From NCBI GenBank assembly GCA_013265495.1, contig MU059330.1, positions 14,145,980 to 14,209,979 of the forward strand: 64,000 bases of DNA, in the 5' to 3' direction. Origin of the DNA: Vicugna vicugna. Its lineage: Eukaryota. Positions 1 through 11,900 of the stretch are shown here, piece by piece. A program made the position numbers and the translations under genes. The notes below the pieces were generated by a model. The model worked only from the letters and a program-made list of their open reading frames with translations, was not told the DNA's origin and ran no database searches. Each line of letters opens with the position of its first letter. Position 1 is the stretch's first letter.

Positions 1-679
1 GGCAGCTGTCCAACAAACGATGGTCCGACGGCCGGCACGACCCAGCGTGGCCAGCTGCCCCTTCATGCTGGCCCAGGCTGCGGGTCTCCAGTCATTCGCT
101 CCTCCCACAGGCGAATCGTCCTGATTTCTCAAAAGGTCACACTGGGAGAGGTTACACGACTCATCTGAAAGCCGGGCCCAGCGTCTGGGACTGATCGGTC
201 ATGGCAACTTCACTCCTCCGCAATGATATCTAGAAAGTCAGGGGACTCCCCCGGGGAAGAGGCGCAGAAGCCGGCACCCCGCCTCCACCTCCGAACTGCT
301 CCTGCTGTTTCTCACGTTTGACCCCAGTGGCCCCGACACCGCATTCCCCAGCTTCTCTTAAACAGGGCTTCACTTCTGACTGCATCCTGCAGCGCTTGTC
401 CCCACTGCCCTGGGCTGGGTGCACTGTGTTCGGGGTGCTCCTTGAGCCCCTGAAACCCCCAAGTGCAGCACAGACGGCGCACAGAGCAAGCACAGACCCC
501 GTGCCGACGGGGCCAGCCAGCTCTCGTGATCAGAGAAACACCGGTGAGAACTCCACCGCGGCAGAGCCGCACCCCTCAGGCGGGCTGACGCAGGACCCTG
601 GAGGCAGAGCTCACCCTGCTGGCAGGGCTCCGAGCAGTGGGCCACCCGGGGAAGGACCAGGGTGGTCCCTGGGACGGCA

Positions 680-900
680 GGTGCATTTACCACCTGAATC
701 AACACCACCACTTCCTAGAGTCTGTTTCAGAGACGCACCGTCAAAAAATATGAGACAATGCATGTCCCAGCTTATGCATTAGAGCCCTGGTTTTAATTAC
801 CAGAGGCTGGAAACCACCCAGTCGTCTATCAATATGGAGGTCGTTGAATAAACTGTGGTACATCCGCAAAACGGACAATGTGCAGCCGTAAAGAGATATG
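680..900 (+). mobile_element. Old L1 3' ORF2/3'UTR fragment
   Basis: Resembles the L1M consensus, e.g. ctggaaaccaccc...gaataaactgtggtacatcc; boundaries approximate. Confidence 0.65.
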
Positions 901-959
901 AAAAACACCTCTACTTACTGTATGGTGTTCTCTCCAAGGCATAGGGGAAAAAAGAATTT

Positions 960-2700
960 AAAAAACCCACTGGAAATTCCAGAGACAAAAAATGTAACAC
1001 CCAAAATGAGAAATTCCAGACTGAGCTTAACAGCGGTTTAGAACTTGCAAGAAAGCATCAGTGGCTTAAACACGGAGATGCAGAAAGCGCTCAGGCCCAG
1101 CACAAGATGGGACAGACGCTGAAAACCTGACAGAGCCTCGGTGGCGCTGGGGCCGCAGGCTGCTGACACACACGCCCCAAGAGGAAGCAGACAGGAAGTG
1201 CCGAAGAAATCTTGGCTGCGGCGTTCCTAAATCTGATGGAACCCACAAATTGAGTAAGTTCGATAAGCCACAAGCAGGACGAAGGGAAAGCATGACAGCA
1301 AACTGCCAAACACCAGCGACTTTTCCAAAAATGCTAAAAGCAGCCAGAGGAAGGACACACACGATGTGCAGCGAAGCAGAGACGCGGGCGGCACAGGTGC
1401 TGAGTCTCACCAGAGACGGCGCGAGGAGGACGGTAGGACAGCACCCTTAACATTCAGCTGGAAGAAAAACTGCCCATCGACCTGGAATCCTACACTTGGT
1501 GAAAAATATCTTTCAAAAAAGAGAGGGCAAATTAAACTCATTTCCATACCCGCATGGCTGGCAGGACTCACCACCAGCAGACCTGCAAACAAGAAACGCT
1601 CACAGAGGTTATTGGGGCTCAAGGAGTAAACACCAGCCAGGAGCCAGGGCGGGCGCGCACAAAGGAGCTGAGACAGCGGGGATAAAACATGCCTTTGCTC
1701 ATTTTCAATTGACTTACGAGCTAACCGACTGCTCAAAGCAAAAATGACAGTGGAGTTGACGGCACACCTGGAAGTGAAAAGTATGACCAGTAAGCAAGAA
1801 ACAGGAGAGCAGAAGTGAGACTTCACGACCTGAAGCTGTCGCAGCCCACGTGAAGAGCTGCAGTAAGGCCTGAAGGCAGACCGTCTCAAGGTAAAGCAGC
1901 ATACTGACAACTGTCCAGCAGGAAAACCACTGAACAGAACGGAACAAGGCCTGGCTGAGAGGCCAACAAAGAAGGGACACTTCAACCCTTAAAGTACAAA
2001 AATAATAAGAAGAAAAGGGGGCAGAAAAATAGGGAAGGGAACAAAGAACTGACGGGACAAACAGAAACCACACTGATAATGACATCAACTTGAAACGATG
2101 TAACACCCAAGCTGAACGGCAGCGACTGTCAACCAGAATTTTTTTAAGAGGAGAACCTAACTGTAAACTGCCTACAAGAGACACGTTTCAAACATAAAGA
2201 CACAGAGGGCGTGGACGTGAAAGAGGAGGGCGTGGGAGGCACTGGAAAGGGAAAGTTGAAGTAGTTACGTCACTTTGAGACAAAGCAGACTTCAGAACAA
2301 AGGAATAAAGGACAGTTCAAAACAACAAAACGGGCAACTCACCAAGCAGACATAACACCCTAAACCAGCACACACTAAGTAACAGAGCTTCAAAACCCAT
2401 AAGGCAAAAACTGGCAGAAACGCGGGGAACACAAAGCTCTCCTCGTAACACTGACTCACTGGGTATCGTAAGCAGTTGACCCTTTTCCGCTTTGAGAGAC
2501 AATTAAGAAGAAAACACAAGCAATGCATTGGGAGGAAGTATTCACAAAACATATTTCTTCCAAAATACTCACACCCAGCATATATAGTGAACTCTCACAG
2601 CCTGATAACATGGTGGTACACAGCCCCGAACTTCCCCTGGGCGACAGATTTGGAAAGATATTTCATAAAAGAAGATACATGTGTGTAATTCTTCTAATTT
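960..2700 (+). mobile_element. Old L1M remnant: ORF1 C-terminal part, inter-ORF region and ORF2 endonuclease start
   Basis: Decayed ORF1-like KKNC..IL..K.SFK..G.IK near 1460-1560; endonuclease-like tgcctacaagagacacgtttcaaacataaagac (CLQETRFKHKD) near 2170; many stops; boundaries approximate. Confidence 0.75.
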
Positions 2701-2747
2701 CTACGATAATCACAATCTGACACTCAGTTGTTTTCCAGTGCTTTTAT

Positions 2748-2803
2748 TTATTTATTTAAACATTTTTTATTGATTTATAATCATTTTACAATGTTGTGTC
2801 AAA
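2748..2803 (-). mobile_element. Extremely 5'-truncated young L1 tail flanked by a 15-bp target-site duplication
   Basis: ttccagtgcttttat at 2733-2747 and 2804-2818; minus strand reads ...tttgacacaacattgtaaaatgattataaatcaataaaaaatgtttaaataaataa. Confidence 0.75.
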
Positions 2804-2884
2804 TTCCAGTGCTTTTATAGTGTAAATATTCTTCCTCCTCAAATGTATTATAATCATTAACGAAAACTGCAAACAAAAAAAAAA

Positions 2885-3525
2885 TAAGATATACGAATGA
2901 CCAATAAGCACACAGAAATGCTCACCATCATTAGGAATCAGAAGGATGCAAATTAAAACCACAGTGGGATATCACTGTGGACCTACTCCAAGGAATACAC
3001 TTCAAAAGACATAAAACATAGTTTTGGTTTTAAAGCAACTGAAACTCTCAAAACTTGTTGGCAGCAATGCTAAAATGGTACAATTACATTGAAGAATTGT
3101 TCGGCAACCTCCCTGATGTCCATCCACGGGTGAATGGTTAACCAAACTGTGGTACATACACACCAAGGAATTCTACTCAGCAACGGAAAGGTACAAACTC
3201 CCGATTAACGCAACAACAGTGATGGATTCCACACACACCATGCTCAGTAAAGAAGTCAGGCACAAAAGACTGAATGATTCCATGTATGGAAAATTCTGGA
3301 ACAGACTCAGCTGATCATGGGGACCAAAAACAGATCAGCGCTGCCTGGGGGCTGGGCAGGGGGCGGGTGCTGACCGCAAAGAGGCCAGATGGAGCTTTTG
3401 AAGGGATGCAAATGTTCTCTGTCCTGTTGTAGTAGGGGTTATCTGGGTGAAGACATTTGTCAAAACTCACAGAAATACACACTTAGAATGGGTTTTCTTT
3501 ATGCAAATTATACATCAGTAACTTT
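2885..3525 (+). mobile_element. Old L1 (L1MC/ME-like) ORF2 C-terminus and 3'UTR
   Basis: gatgcaaattaaaaccaca (MQIKTT), aaactgtggtacataca, gcaaattatacatcagtaa end; boundaries approximate. Confidence 0.75.
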
Positions 3526-4949
3526 GGTTTAAACGGGGGACGGCCAGAACTTACCACCAGGATATCTTTTTAAATGAATATAAAACGACCACTCACAGAA
3601 TCACCACCCCCATATCCTCTGCAAGTATCACATGAGTCCAGGGAGAACCGAGGTTGTCTCTCCTCACTGAGGGCGCCGCCCTGCCCCTGGCAGCCCAGGT
3701 CTGTGGCGCTCATTCAGAGCTGCCAAGAGTTAGTCAACCCCAGAGGTGGTGGCGAGCTCTTGGGGCCAGAATATAAGGTAAAAAACATGGGATCATACCA
3801 AGAGTCCTCTTGGCTTGGGGCTCACCATGAAAGAAGGAAAGAAAAGGGAGGAGGCAGGTGAAGATGGGCTCCCTGGACCCTGGACTGCAGCAGCTTCCCC
3901 TTTCTTTAGCCCCCCCCATGAGGAAAGGGTGCAGAGCATGGGGCTCTGTGACAAATCTATGTGAGCACGTGAGTTTTGACCTCACACAGCGCCGGAGGGC
4001 TGACGTTCCAGGGGCCCTGAGAATCAGCCGCAGCCTCTCTCTGGAGAATGACCAGCATTCGAGGGGCCCTAACCAGACCGCCACTCAACAGGGAAGCTCT
4101 CTAAATACCACCTTACACACCAGCACCAGGAGAGCTGCTGAGAAACGTGAAAGATGTTACGAGTAGCTTTCCAACAGCTGAGTGTTTCTCGTGGGTGGGA
4201 AAGAAAATCCCAAGGGAGCCGCGTCCTCACGTGCAGGACCAGGCGTGGACCCTCGGTGTGACCCGGAGTGCGGAAGCTGGGTAGGCCACAAGCCCCGCCC
4301 CCCATCAAGGCCGGGTCAGTTCCCAGCTGCACAAACAGCAGGGCTGCCAGCTCTGCGAGACGGCTCTCGTCCCTGCACGCCGGTAACTAGCCGCACCTGG
4401 GACACAAGTCTCACAGGACCCAAACCGGGCCGGAGAGGCCGGAGAGTGATACGAAGCTGCACCCCAGAGCCCCTTCCTGAGGCCCAGCCGCATCCTGGCT
4501 TTGGGATGCCATGGGACTCCCCCCGCCTCCCCGCCCTGGGTCTCCTCTTGTGCTTACGCAGTGGGGTTGGTCTTTGTTCCTCACAGACTAAGAGGCATAC
4601 AGAGTTCCCTCCGCTGCGCAGAGAAGTGAGCAAAGCCGCGGAGTATGGCGCCGGCTGACCCTGCAGGGCAGGAGCACAGGGCATGGCGGCCTAGGGGCAA
4701 AAGGCTGGTCAGCCTGCAGAGGTGGGTGGACTTTACCCTCAGTAACAGGAGTCAGAAAAGGGTTTGCAATGAGGGCAGGTGTGCTCCACGGGGCGCAGGT
4801 GGAGACGGGGTGCAGCTACACGTCATTCCAGTGGCTGAAGCCAGCAGGGCCACATGCAGCGTCTACAGGCGAGAGTGAGCAGATGAGGGTGTAAGAGGCA
4901 GGGGAGAGCCCGCTCCCCGGCCAGGCCTCCGTCCCTCGGCTGTCTCTGC

Positions 4950-5900
4950 CGCAGCAGTCACGCCCCCATCTCCGAAAATCCTGAGCAACTTTCTAGGCCT
5001 TTAACAGCAGCCAGGCTTTCTGTAAACGCCTCGCAACGCTTCTGGCTGAGTCAGCAGAGGCGAGACCCCCCCCCCCCGACGTACACGAGGGCGGGGCGTT
5101 CTCCAGCGCAGGGCCGGCCAGCGGGCACGGCGGCCCCAGGCAATCGAGGGCCCTGATTCTACCGACTCTTCGATGGAAACAGGAAGAGCGGGTGGGGGCG
5201 GCGGCTGGGGGGCCCGGCGCTCTGGGGGCAGCCCGGCCTCCCGACACCCGCCTTCAAGACACGCGCCGACGCCCCCCAGGACCGGCCGAAGCCCGAACAC
5301 GCGGACGCCGCAGGGCATGCCGGGAGGGCGGCGCGGGAGGGTGACGTAACACCACGCCCCTGACGTAGCGTGCGTGCGCGGCGGCGGCTGGACTACGCTT
5401 CCCAGGGGGCCGCGCGGCGCGCCCACTTCCGGCGGACGGTGCAGGGCCCGGAAGCGGCGCGGGCGGCGAATCCCGGGGCGACAGGTCGGCGGCGGCGACA
5501 GGAGTATGCGGGGCGGCGGGCAGCCCGCGGCGCGCGGCGGGTTCGTTCCCCGGAGGTGGCGGCGACGCGCGGCGGCTCTCGCGTGAGCGGCGGCGGCGGC
5601 CGGAGCGTGCGGGCGGGCGGCGGGGCCCTCGGCAGTGAGGTGGGCCCGGCCCGGCGGCGGCGCCATGTGGAGCGGCCGCAGCTCCTTCACCAGCCTGGTC
5701 GTGGGCGTGTTCGTGGTGTACGTGGTGCACACCTGCTGGGTCATGTATGGCATCGTCTACACCCGCCCGTGCGCCGGCGGCGGCAACTGCATCCTGCCCT
5801 ACCTGGCGCGGAGGCCCAAGCTGCAGGTGAGCGCAGGCTCCTCCCACTTGAGCTCTGACCTCTGACTTCGGGGCGAGGTCAGGGGCCAGGCCCTTCGCAC
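4950..5900. promoter_or_regulatory. CLPTM1L: CpG-island promoter of CLPTM1L
   Basis: Very CpG-dense; ETS/GABP-type CACTTCCGG 5424-5432 and CCGGAAGC 5448-5455; CRE-like TGACGT at 5342 and 5361; GC boxes; no TATA seen; boundaries approximate. Confidence 0.85.
5665..5826 (+). CDS. CLPTM1L: CLPTM1L exon 1
   Basis: gccATGt; [36 protein letters not shown]...RPKLQ; donor CAG|gtgagc. Confidence 0.97.
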
Positions 5901-8900
5901 CTGAACCGGACCCGGACTCCACACCCCGTGTCCTAAAGACCCTTCCCGCACGCTGGCCCCTGGGCCCGTCTTCACCCCGTCTTAAGACGCCCAGAGTCGG
6001 TGTACCCCTGCCCGGCTGATGAAGCGGGTCAGACACTGTAGCACAGTGTCCCTTGCAGCAGGCACGTCCGCTCCGCCATCCTGTCACAGGTGGGAGTTAA
6101 GGTGCACCTTCCCCCGTGGTAGCTGGTGCGTGTCCCTCCCTCCAGTCGCTGTTTGCCGCGTGTGCTTTCCGCCAGGGGTCTTGCCCAGCTGACTTTCTTG
6201 GCGTCCCTTCCAGCTCAGCGTGTACACCACCACGCGGTCCAACCTGGGTGCAGAGAACAACGTGGATCTGGTCTTGAACGTGGAGGACTTTGACGTGCAG
6301 TCCAAATTTGAAAGGTATGGATGTGGACTGAGTGACGGGAAAACGTCATTATCGTTGAGATGGTGGAAAAGTCAGCGTTCTGCATGTGAGGGGTGACCTC
6401 AGAGAAGCAGTGTCACCTGCCATCTCCTGCTTTACCTGCAGATGTGTGTGGTACACAGTCGGACTTTGGTTTCACTTGAAAGTGGCAGGTGTCGTTTATC
6501 AGCTAGGAAGTGGATTACGGCAGCCGACGCTGATGGCCGGGATCAGCGCAGCCATGGGGGTTTCCAGAGGAGCAGGTGCTGTGGCGGGGATGAAGTTGGG
6601 GACAGACCTTGTACAGTTTCCCGCAGCAAACAGCTTGTCTTCCTGGTGCAAGTGGCTCAGTTGGGTCTCCTGTCAGGGAAGGAGAAGGGATGGAGGAAAG
6701 AATTTAGCAGAAAATCGTAATGAAGTGAAATATTGTATAACAACGGACCAAGCAGTGTTTAAGTGTTCAAATGCATAAAGTGAGTTTTTAAAGTTGCATT
6801 TAACCTATGGTTCTCGTGTTTTGAATTTCAGCGAGGTAATTTTTAAAATGGTTAAAAATGATGTGCTTGTCAAGAGTGTACGTCTTTGGGCGGCAGTGCA
6901 GCAGGCAGAGGGCACTCGGGCTTGGAGTTGGCCTGGTTAGCCTGGGCATGCAGTGAGTTCTGACTCCCGAGCCTGGGAAACGGGGCAGGAAGTGCAGGAC
7001 TTTCAGAACGTTTCGTAAATGTCCAAGGTTAGGATTTCAGTGGTGTCTAGGCAGGTGGGTTTCATTTTGAGTACTTTCAGCAAAAATTAGTTGTGCAGTT
7101 TCAGACGTTATTTATAAGGGTACTTGAGTGGTCTCCACCGTGTGTGTATGCAGAACGCAAAATGTAGGTGGTTGAATTGTCATTTGTTTCAGGACAGTTA
7201 ATGTTTCTGTGCCAAAGAAAACCAGAAATAACGGGACGCTGTATGCCTACATCTTCCTCCACCATGCGGGCATTCTCCCGTGGCAGGATGGGAAGCAGGT
7301 GCACCTGGTGAGCCCTCTGACCACCTACATGGTCCCCAAACCAGAAGAGGTCAATCTGCTCACTGGGGAGTCTGCTACTCAGGTGGGTATCTCCATCAGG
7401 TTACCTACCAGCTGAACGAAGCTGCTCACCCTCCCTGGAGTTCTCTCACGCGTGTCTGCATGTGCAGTTTGCGTCTGGGGCTGGACTGCTAGAAAGGAAA
7501 GCCGTCTGACGTTATTGGTGTGCAAACCTCTCAGCTCAATGATTCCTCATTGTTTTGGAGATAAATTTTACATCAAATTAGTGACATGCAGTTTAAGGAG
7601 TTCAGTGACTTCCTTTACCCAGGTTCCTTCTCAGGCCCCAGAGAGTGTGTGTGTCCCCGGGGGTTCGGGACAGCCTCTTCTGTGGAGCTCAGCTGCAGTC
7701 AAAAACCTTTCCTCTGTCCCTTCTCCTTGCGAGATGGTACACTGTGTATAGGACAGGACAGCGTGTGAATGTTTATTCTGAGGGTATAACTCAGAACTAT
7801 GGAAGAGGCATATGTACAAATTATTTCTCATGCACACACACAAGCTCTGTACAAAGAAGGGTGGGAGGCTGTGTAAGCGATCGTTAGCAGAGTGGAGTGT
7901 GAAGCAGGAATCCTGGTGTTGGGGCCTGTGTTGAGTGGGAGACGAGGTCATCACAGAGAGAGATGGCAGCGCTCCAGGAAGTGTCTGTGGAGCTGCCTCA
8001 TGCTGTGCGCCCTTGGAAAGACCCCTTGTTCCCTTTTCGGGGCCCACGTGACGCTTCATCCCGGGGGCCTTCCTGGAGAGTCAGTGAGGCGGCGGGCGTG
8101 GAGGGTATGAAGGAGTCTGTGACACATATGGGGCTGAGTATACATTAGCTGTCTCTGTTCCTCAGAAAGCCACCTTTTTTGTAAGTCATTGTAGCTAAAC
8201 TATAGGTTTAGGTAGGAGATAAATAAAGTGATAGTGCTTCATAGGACTTATCAATTCCATCTGAAATAAAGGTTTCCTGCACATCAGACTGTTTCTGAAT
8301 GTAGTGATGTTTAGGGCTGACATCCAGTCGTGGACACATCCCCCTCCAGGCAGCTGGACGTAGCTGGTTTAGAAGCATCTCCCACTCAGGCTCCTCGCAC
8401 ACCACAGGCCTCTTAGCTCCAGATTTCCTGCCCCTCCCCCTGCTGGCCCAGGGACTTGTCCTTCTCAGGTCCCTACTCAGAATGAGGACCCAGAGCAGGA
8501 GTTGGGAGATACATGTGACAAAACAGTTTCACTTCAGCTTCTGCTGAGGGCTGTAGGAGTCCAGGAGCTGGCAGCTGAGGGTCCCTGCTGCTTCCGCGCT
8601 GGTCGGGCATCCTGGCTCGGGGGCTGTTCCAGGGGAGGTGCTGGCCGCCTTGCTGCCCGAGCTGCCCTGCCTCCGCCCTGCGCCCTGGGCCCGTCCTGCT
8701 AAGTCACCCTTTTATTAAGCAGCAGATCGAAGCTGAGAAGAAGCCGACAAGTGCCCTGGATGAGCCCGTTTCTCACTGGAGACCAAGGCTGACCCTGAAC
8801 GTGATGGTGGATGATTTTGTTTTTGACGGCGCCTCCCTGCCTGCCGACGTGCATCGATACATGAAGATGTAAGTGTCGCTGTCCGGTGCCGAGCCCAGGG

Positions 8901-11900
8901 CCAGGCTGCGGGAGGGACACTGTCAGATGTGCTTTCCTACCCAGCTCTGAGCCCCACTCATTCACTCCGTGAGCTGCCAGCTGGCCCGTTGCCTCTGACT
9001 CGCTTATGGTTGCCTAAACCTTTGTCCTCAGATCTCCTGTCACTGTCAGTTTCCCCCGTAAGTACAGCTGGCAGATGCACCAGCCTGCATAATCCCGTGA
9101 CTCTGCACCATGGGGCCCTGTTAAGTCATGACCTGTCACCTGGAAACAGCTGTGATAAGAACTGTCCCCTTGTTGATTTCCCAGTGGCTCCAGGGGTCTC
9201 GTCATCAGGTTTTCCCTTTTGTAAAATTTAACTCTCATCTTCGAGTGTGTAACGCATTCCCCTAGTTCCCAGTGTGGAAGCCGCAGCAGGAGCACTGGGG
9301 CAAGGCCCCTTGCCCGCTCCCGGGCGCCGAGGGTGGAGGCCCTTCTCACCACATCACGGGCCACCCACGTCAGTGCAGGTGGCCCCGTGCTCTTTGCCAC
9401 CTGGATGCTGTTCCACCGTGTCCCAGGTCCCCGTTGTCTCACCCTCCTTCTGGTGGCCCTGGGGTCTCCCACCCAGGGCTGCGGCTGGGCGGGGAAACAG
9501 CAGAGCTTGTGAGGACCCCATGCTTCCCTCAGGGAGGCATGTCCTCCACTGTTGCGACAAGTGACTGCAGACGCTGGGAGTTGGGGGATCCTGAGAGGCA
9601 CAGCCAGCGTCTCTGAGGCGCCTTTAGTCCTGGGGGTGCAGGTTGTGAGGCGACTCCAAATCTGACCCCCAGGGTCCAGCTGGGGAAGACTGTGCACTAC
9701 CTGCCCATCCTCTTCATCGACCAGCTCAGCAACCGCGTGAAGGACCTCGTGGTGAGTGGGTGTCACTCCCTGGACCCGCTGCTCCTGCGTGTTTCAGGGG
9801 GCTCGGGGTTGCTGCTGATCGGCACCCCCTGCCTGTGTCTCGCACGCCCAGTGAAGGGCTCTGGAAGGACCCTTGGTTCAGTGTGTGGATGGCGGGTGCA
9901 CAGCTCCTGTCTTCACACGAGGCCACGTGCTCGTCAGGAAAGTCTCGGCAAAGCCTGCCTCCTCTGGGACTGTCCTGCCGTGTTGGTGGCTTGCTCTCTG
10001 TGGAGGTGTGTCCCTGTTTCGCGGGGGCCTGTTTAGGTGACCTCTCCAGCTGAGGTCCCCTACCCAGCGTTCTCTGGCCTGCACCGCGGGCAGACCTCAG
10101 CTGCACTGGGTTCTGCTGACTCGCACAGTGCCTTGGGTGCGAGGGGCTGTCGGTCACAGCCAGCAAGGCCCTTGGAGCCGGCCCCATGCAGGCACTTGGG
10201 AGGCTGTGGGGAGAGACAGTCTGGCCGGGTTGCTGGAGGCACCTCTGTTCTTGTGACCACCTGGGGGATGCAGTTTAGTCAAAGGCCTGGCATCAGCAGT
10301 GCTGTGTTCAGACACAGAGTCGTGCGCATCCAGCGGGCTCCCTCCCAGACCATTTCTCTGGCCAGTAGTCCTTGGTCTCACTTGGAGCCGCCTTTCAGAG
10401 GGAATGCTGTCTTTGGAGAGACACAAGCTCACTGGGGTGACAGGGCCTAGACAGTGCCCCCGGACGGGCCTGGCCTGCCACCTGCCTGCCAAGGCCGGTG
10501 TGCTGCCCAGGGGATGGGGGACCAACGTCGGGGCTGGGTGTCCAGTCCATCCTGGCCCATCTGGTTGCCGGGCTCCTGCTACTCACTGTCTGCCGTGAGT
10601 GTCGTGAGTGAGGTGGGGCCCAGGGAGCAGACCGCACCCTGCCACGCGGTGCCGTGGGACGTGGCGCTCCTGTGGAGGGGTTACTGCTCTCCCCACTTCC
10701 CCCCTTCCCACACACACGTCAGTTCTGTGCACACTCAAGAGCTCAGCTCAGGTGCCACCTCTTCCTGAAGCTCCCGCTGTCCCAGTGCGTGTGACTGCCC
10801 TGCCCTGCTGTCCCAAGTGCAGCCTCTCCCGAGCGTTCGACCCTATGTGCAGGCAGGGTCTCACAGCCACCCTCTCATGTCCATCCTGGGGAGAGGCTGA
10901 GGCTCCTGCAGGCTGGTGCTCAACCCGGAGACACAGGCTGCTGGTGGTGCCGTGCACACCCACAAAGCCCCAGCTCATGGGGCTGTGACACATATGAGAC
11001 ACACAGGGGTCAGGTCATTGAGAGGGGATGAGTGCTGGCCGCTCGGAGGGGGCTGGGAGGGCTTCCTGGAGGAGGTGCCCTGCTCGGTTCCAAGAGGACA
11101 GCATGGGGATGGGACCCCGGGTAGGGGAGGAGGGGCGAAGGTGGGAGACTGGCCTTGGATCCAGCCAAATCCACCGTGGCTGCGTGGGTCTGGGTCGGCG
11201 CAGAGCCTAGGGCAGGCCTGGGGTGTGTGGCCAGATGGCCCTCATGACCGCCCTTCCTGCCAGGTCATCAACCGCTCCACCACGGAGCTGCCCCTCACCG
11301 TGTGCTACGACAGGATCTCGCTAGGGAGGCTGCGCTTCTGGATCCACATGCAGGACGCTGTGTTCTCGCTGCAGCAGTTCGGTGAGGACGCCGGGTGGGC
11401 TGCCCTGGGGTGGGGGGTGGTTCCCCGCAAACCTGGCAGGCTGGAGCCTGAGATGCAGGTTCCTCACTCCGGTTCCACTCTGGGAGTGCAGGCGTCCGTG
11501 AGGACGTTCTCCCGGAGCACCTGGGGGTCTGTCTAGTCGCACTTTACATAACAGACCCCTTTTGACTGGGAGCTCCTGCCAACACGGCGCAGACCCCGCC
11601 TTCGGGGCTCCCACGTCGCTCGTGGTCCCCCGGCTCATGTGGGGTCTCCTTCTCCACAGGGTTTTCCGAGAAGGACGCAGACGAGGTGAAAGGGATCTTC
11701 GTGGACACCAATCTGTACTTCCTGGCCTTGACGTTCTTCGTGGCAGCGTTTCACGTGAGTGGTCCTGGGAAGGCCGGGCACGCGTGGGCAGCTCCCTAGC
11801 TGGGCCGTGTGGTCTGCACGCCGGGACTTCCTTCCCCCGCACCTCAGGCCCTGACCACCTGTGGGACAAGAGGTTTTGTCTGCTGGTTTTGGAAGCCGTT

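Noticed and set aside
5066-5077. Poly-C(12) run upstream of CLPTM1L
   Set aside because: Simple homopolymer in a CpG island with uncertain length; no further structure
6855-6965. Box C/D snoRNA-like motifs in CLPTM1L introns 2 and 3 (also near 8300)
   Set aside because: C boxes are mismatched and there is no terminal stem
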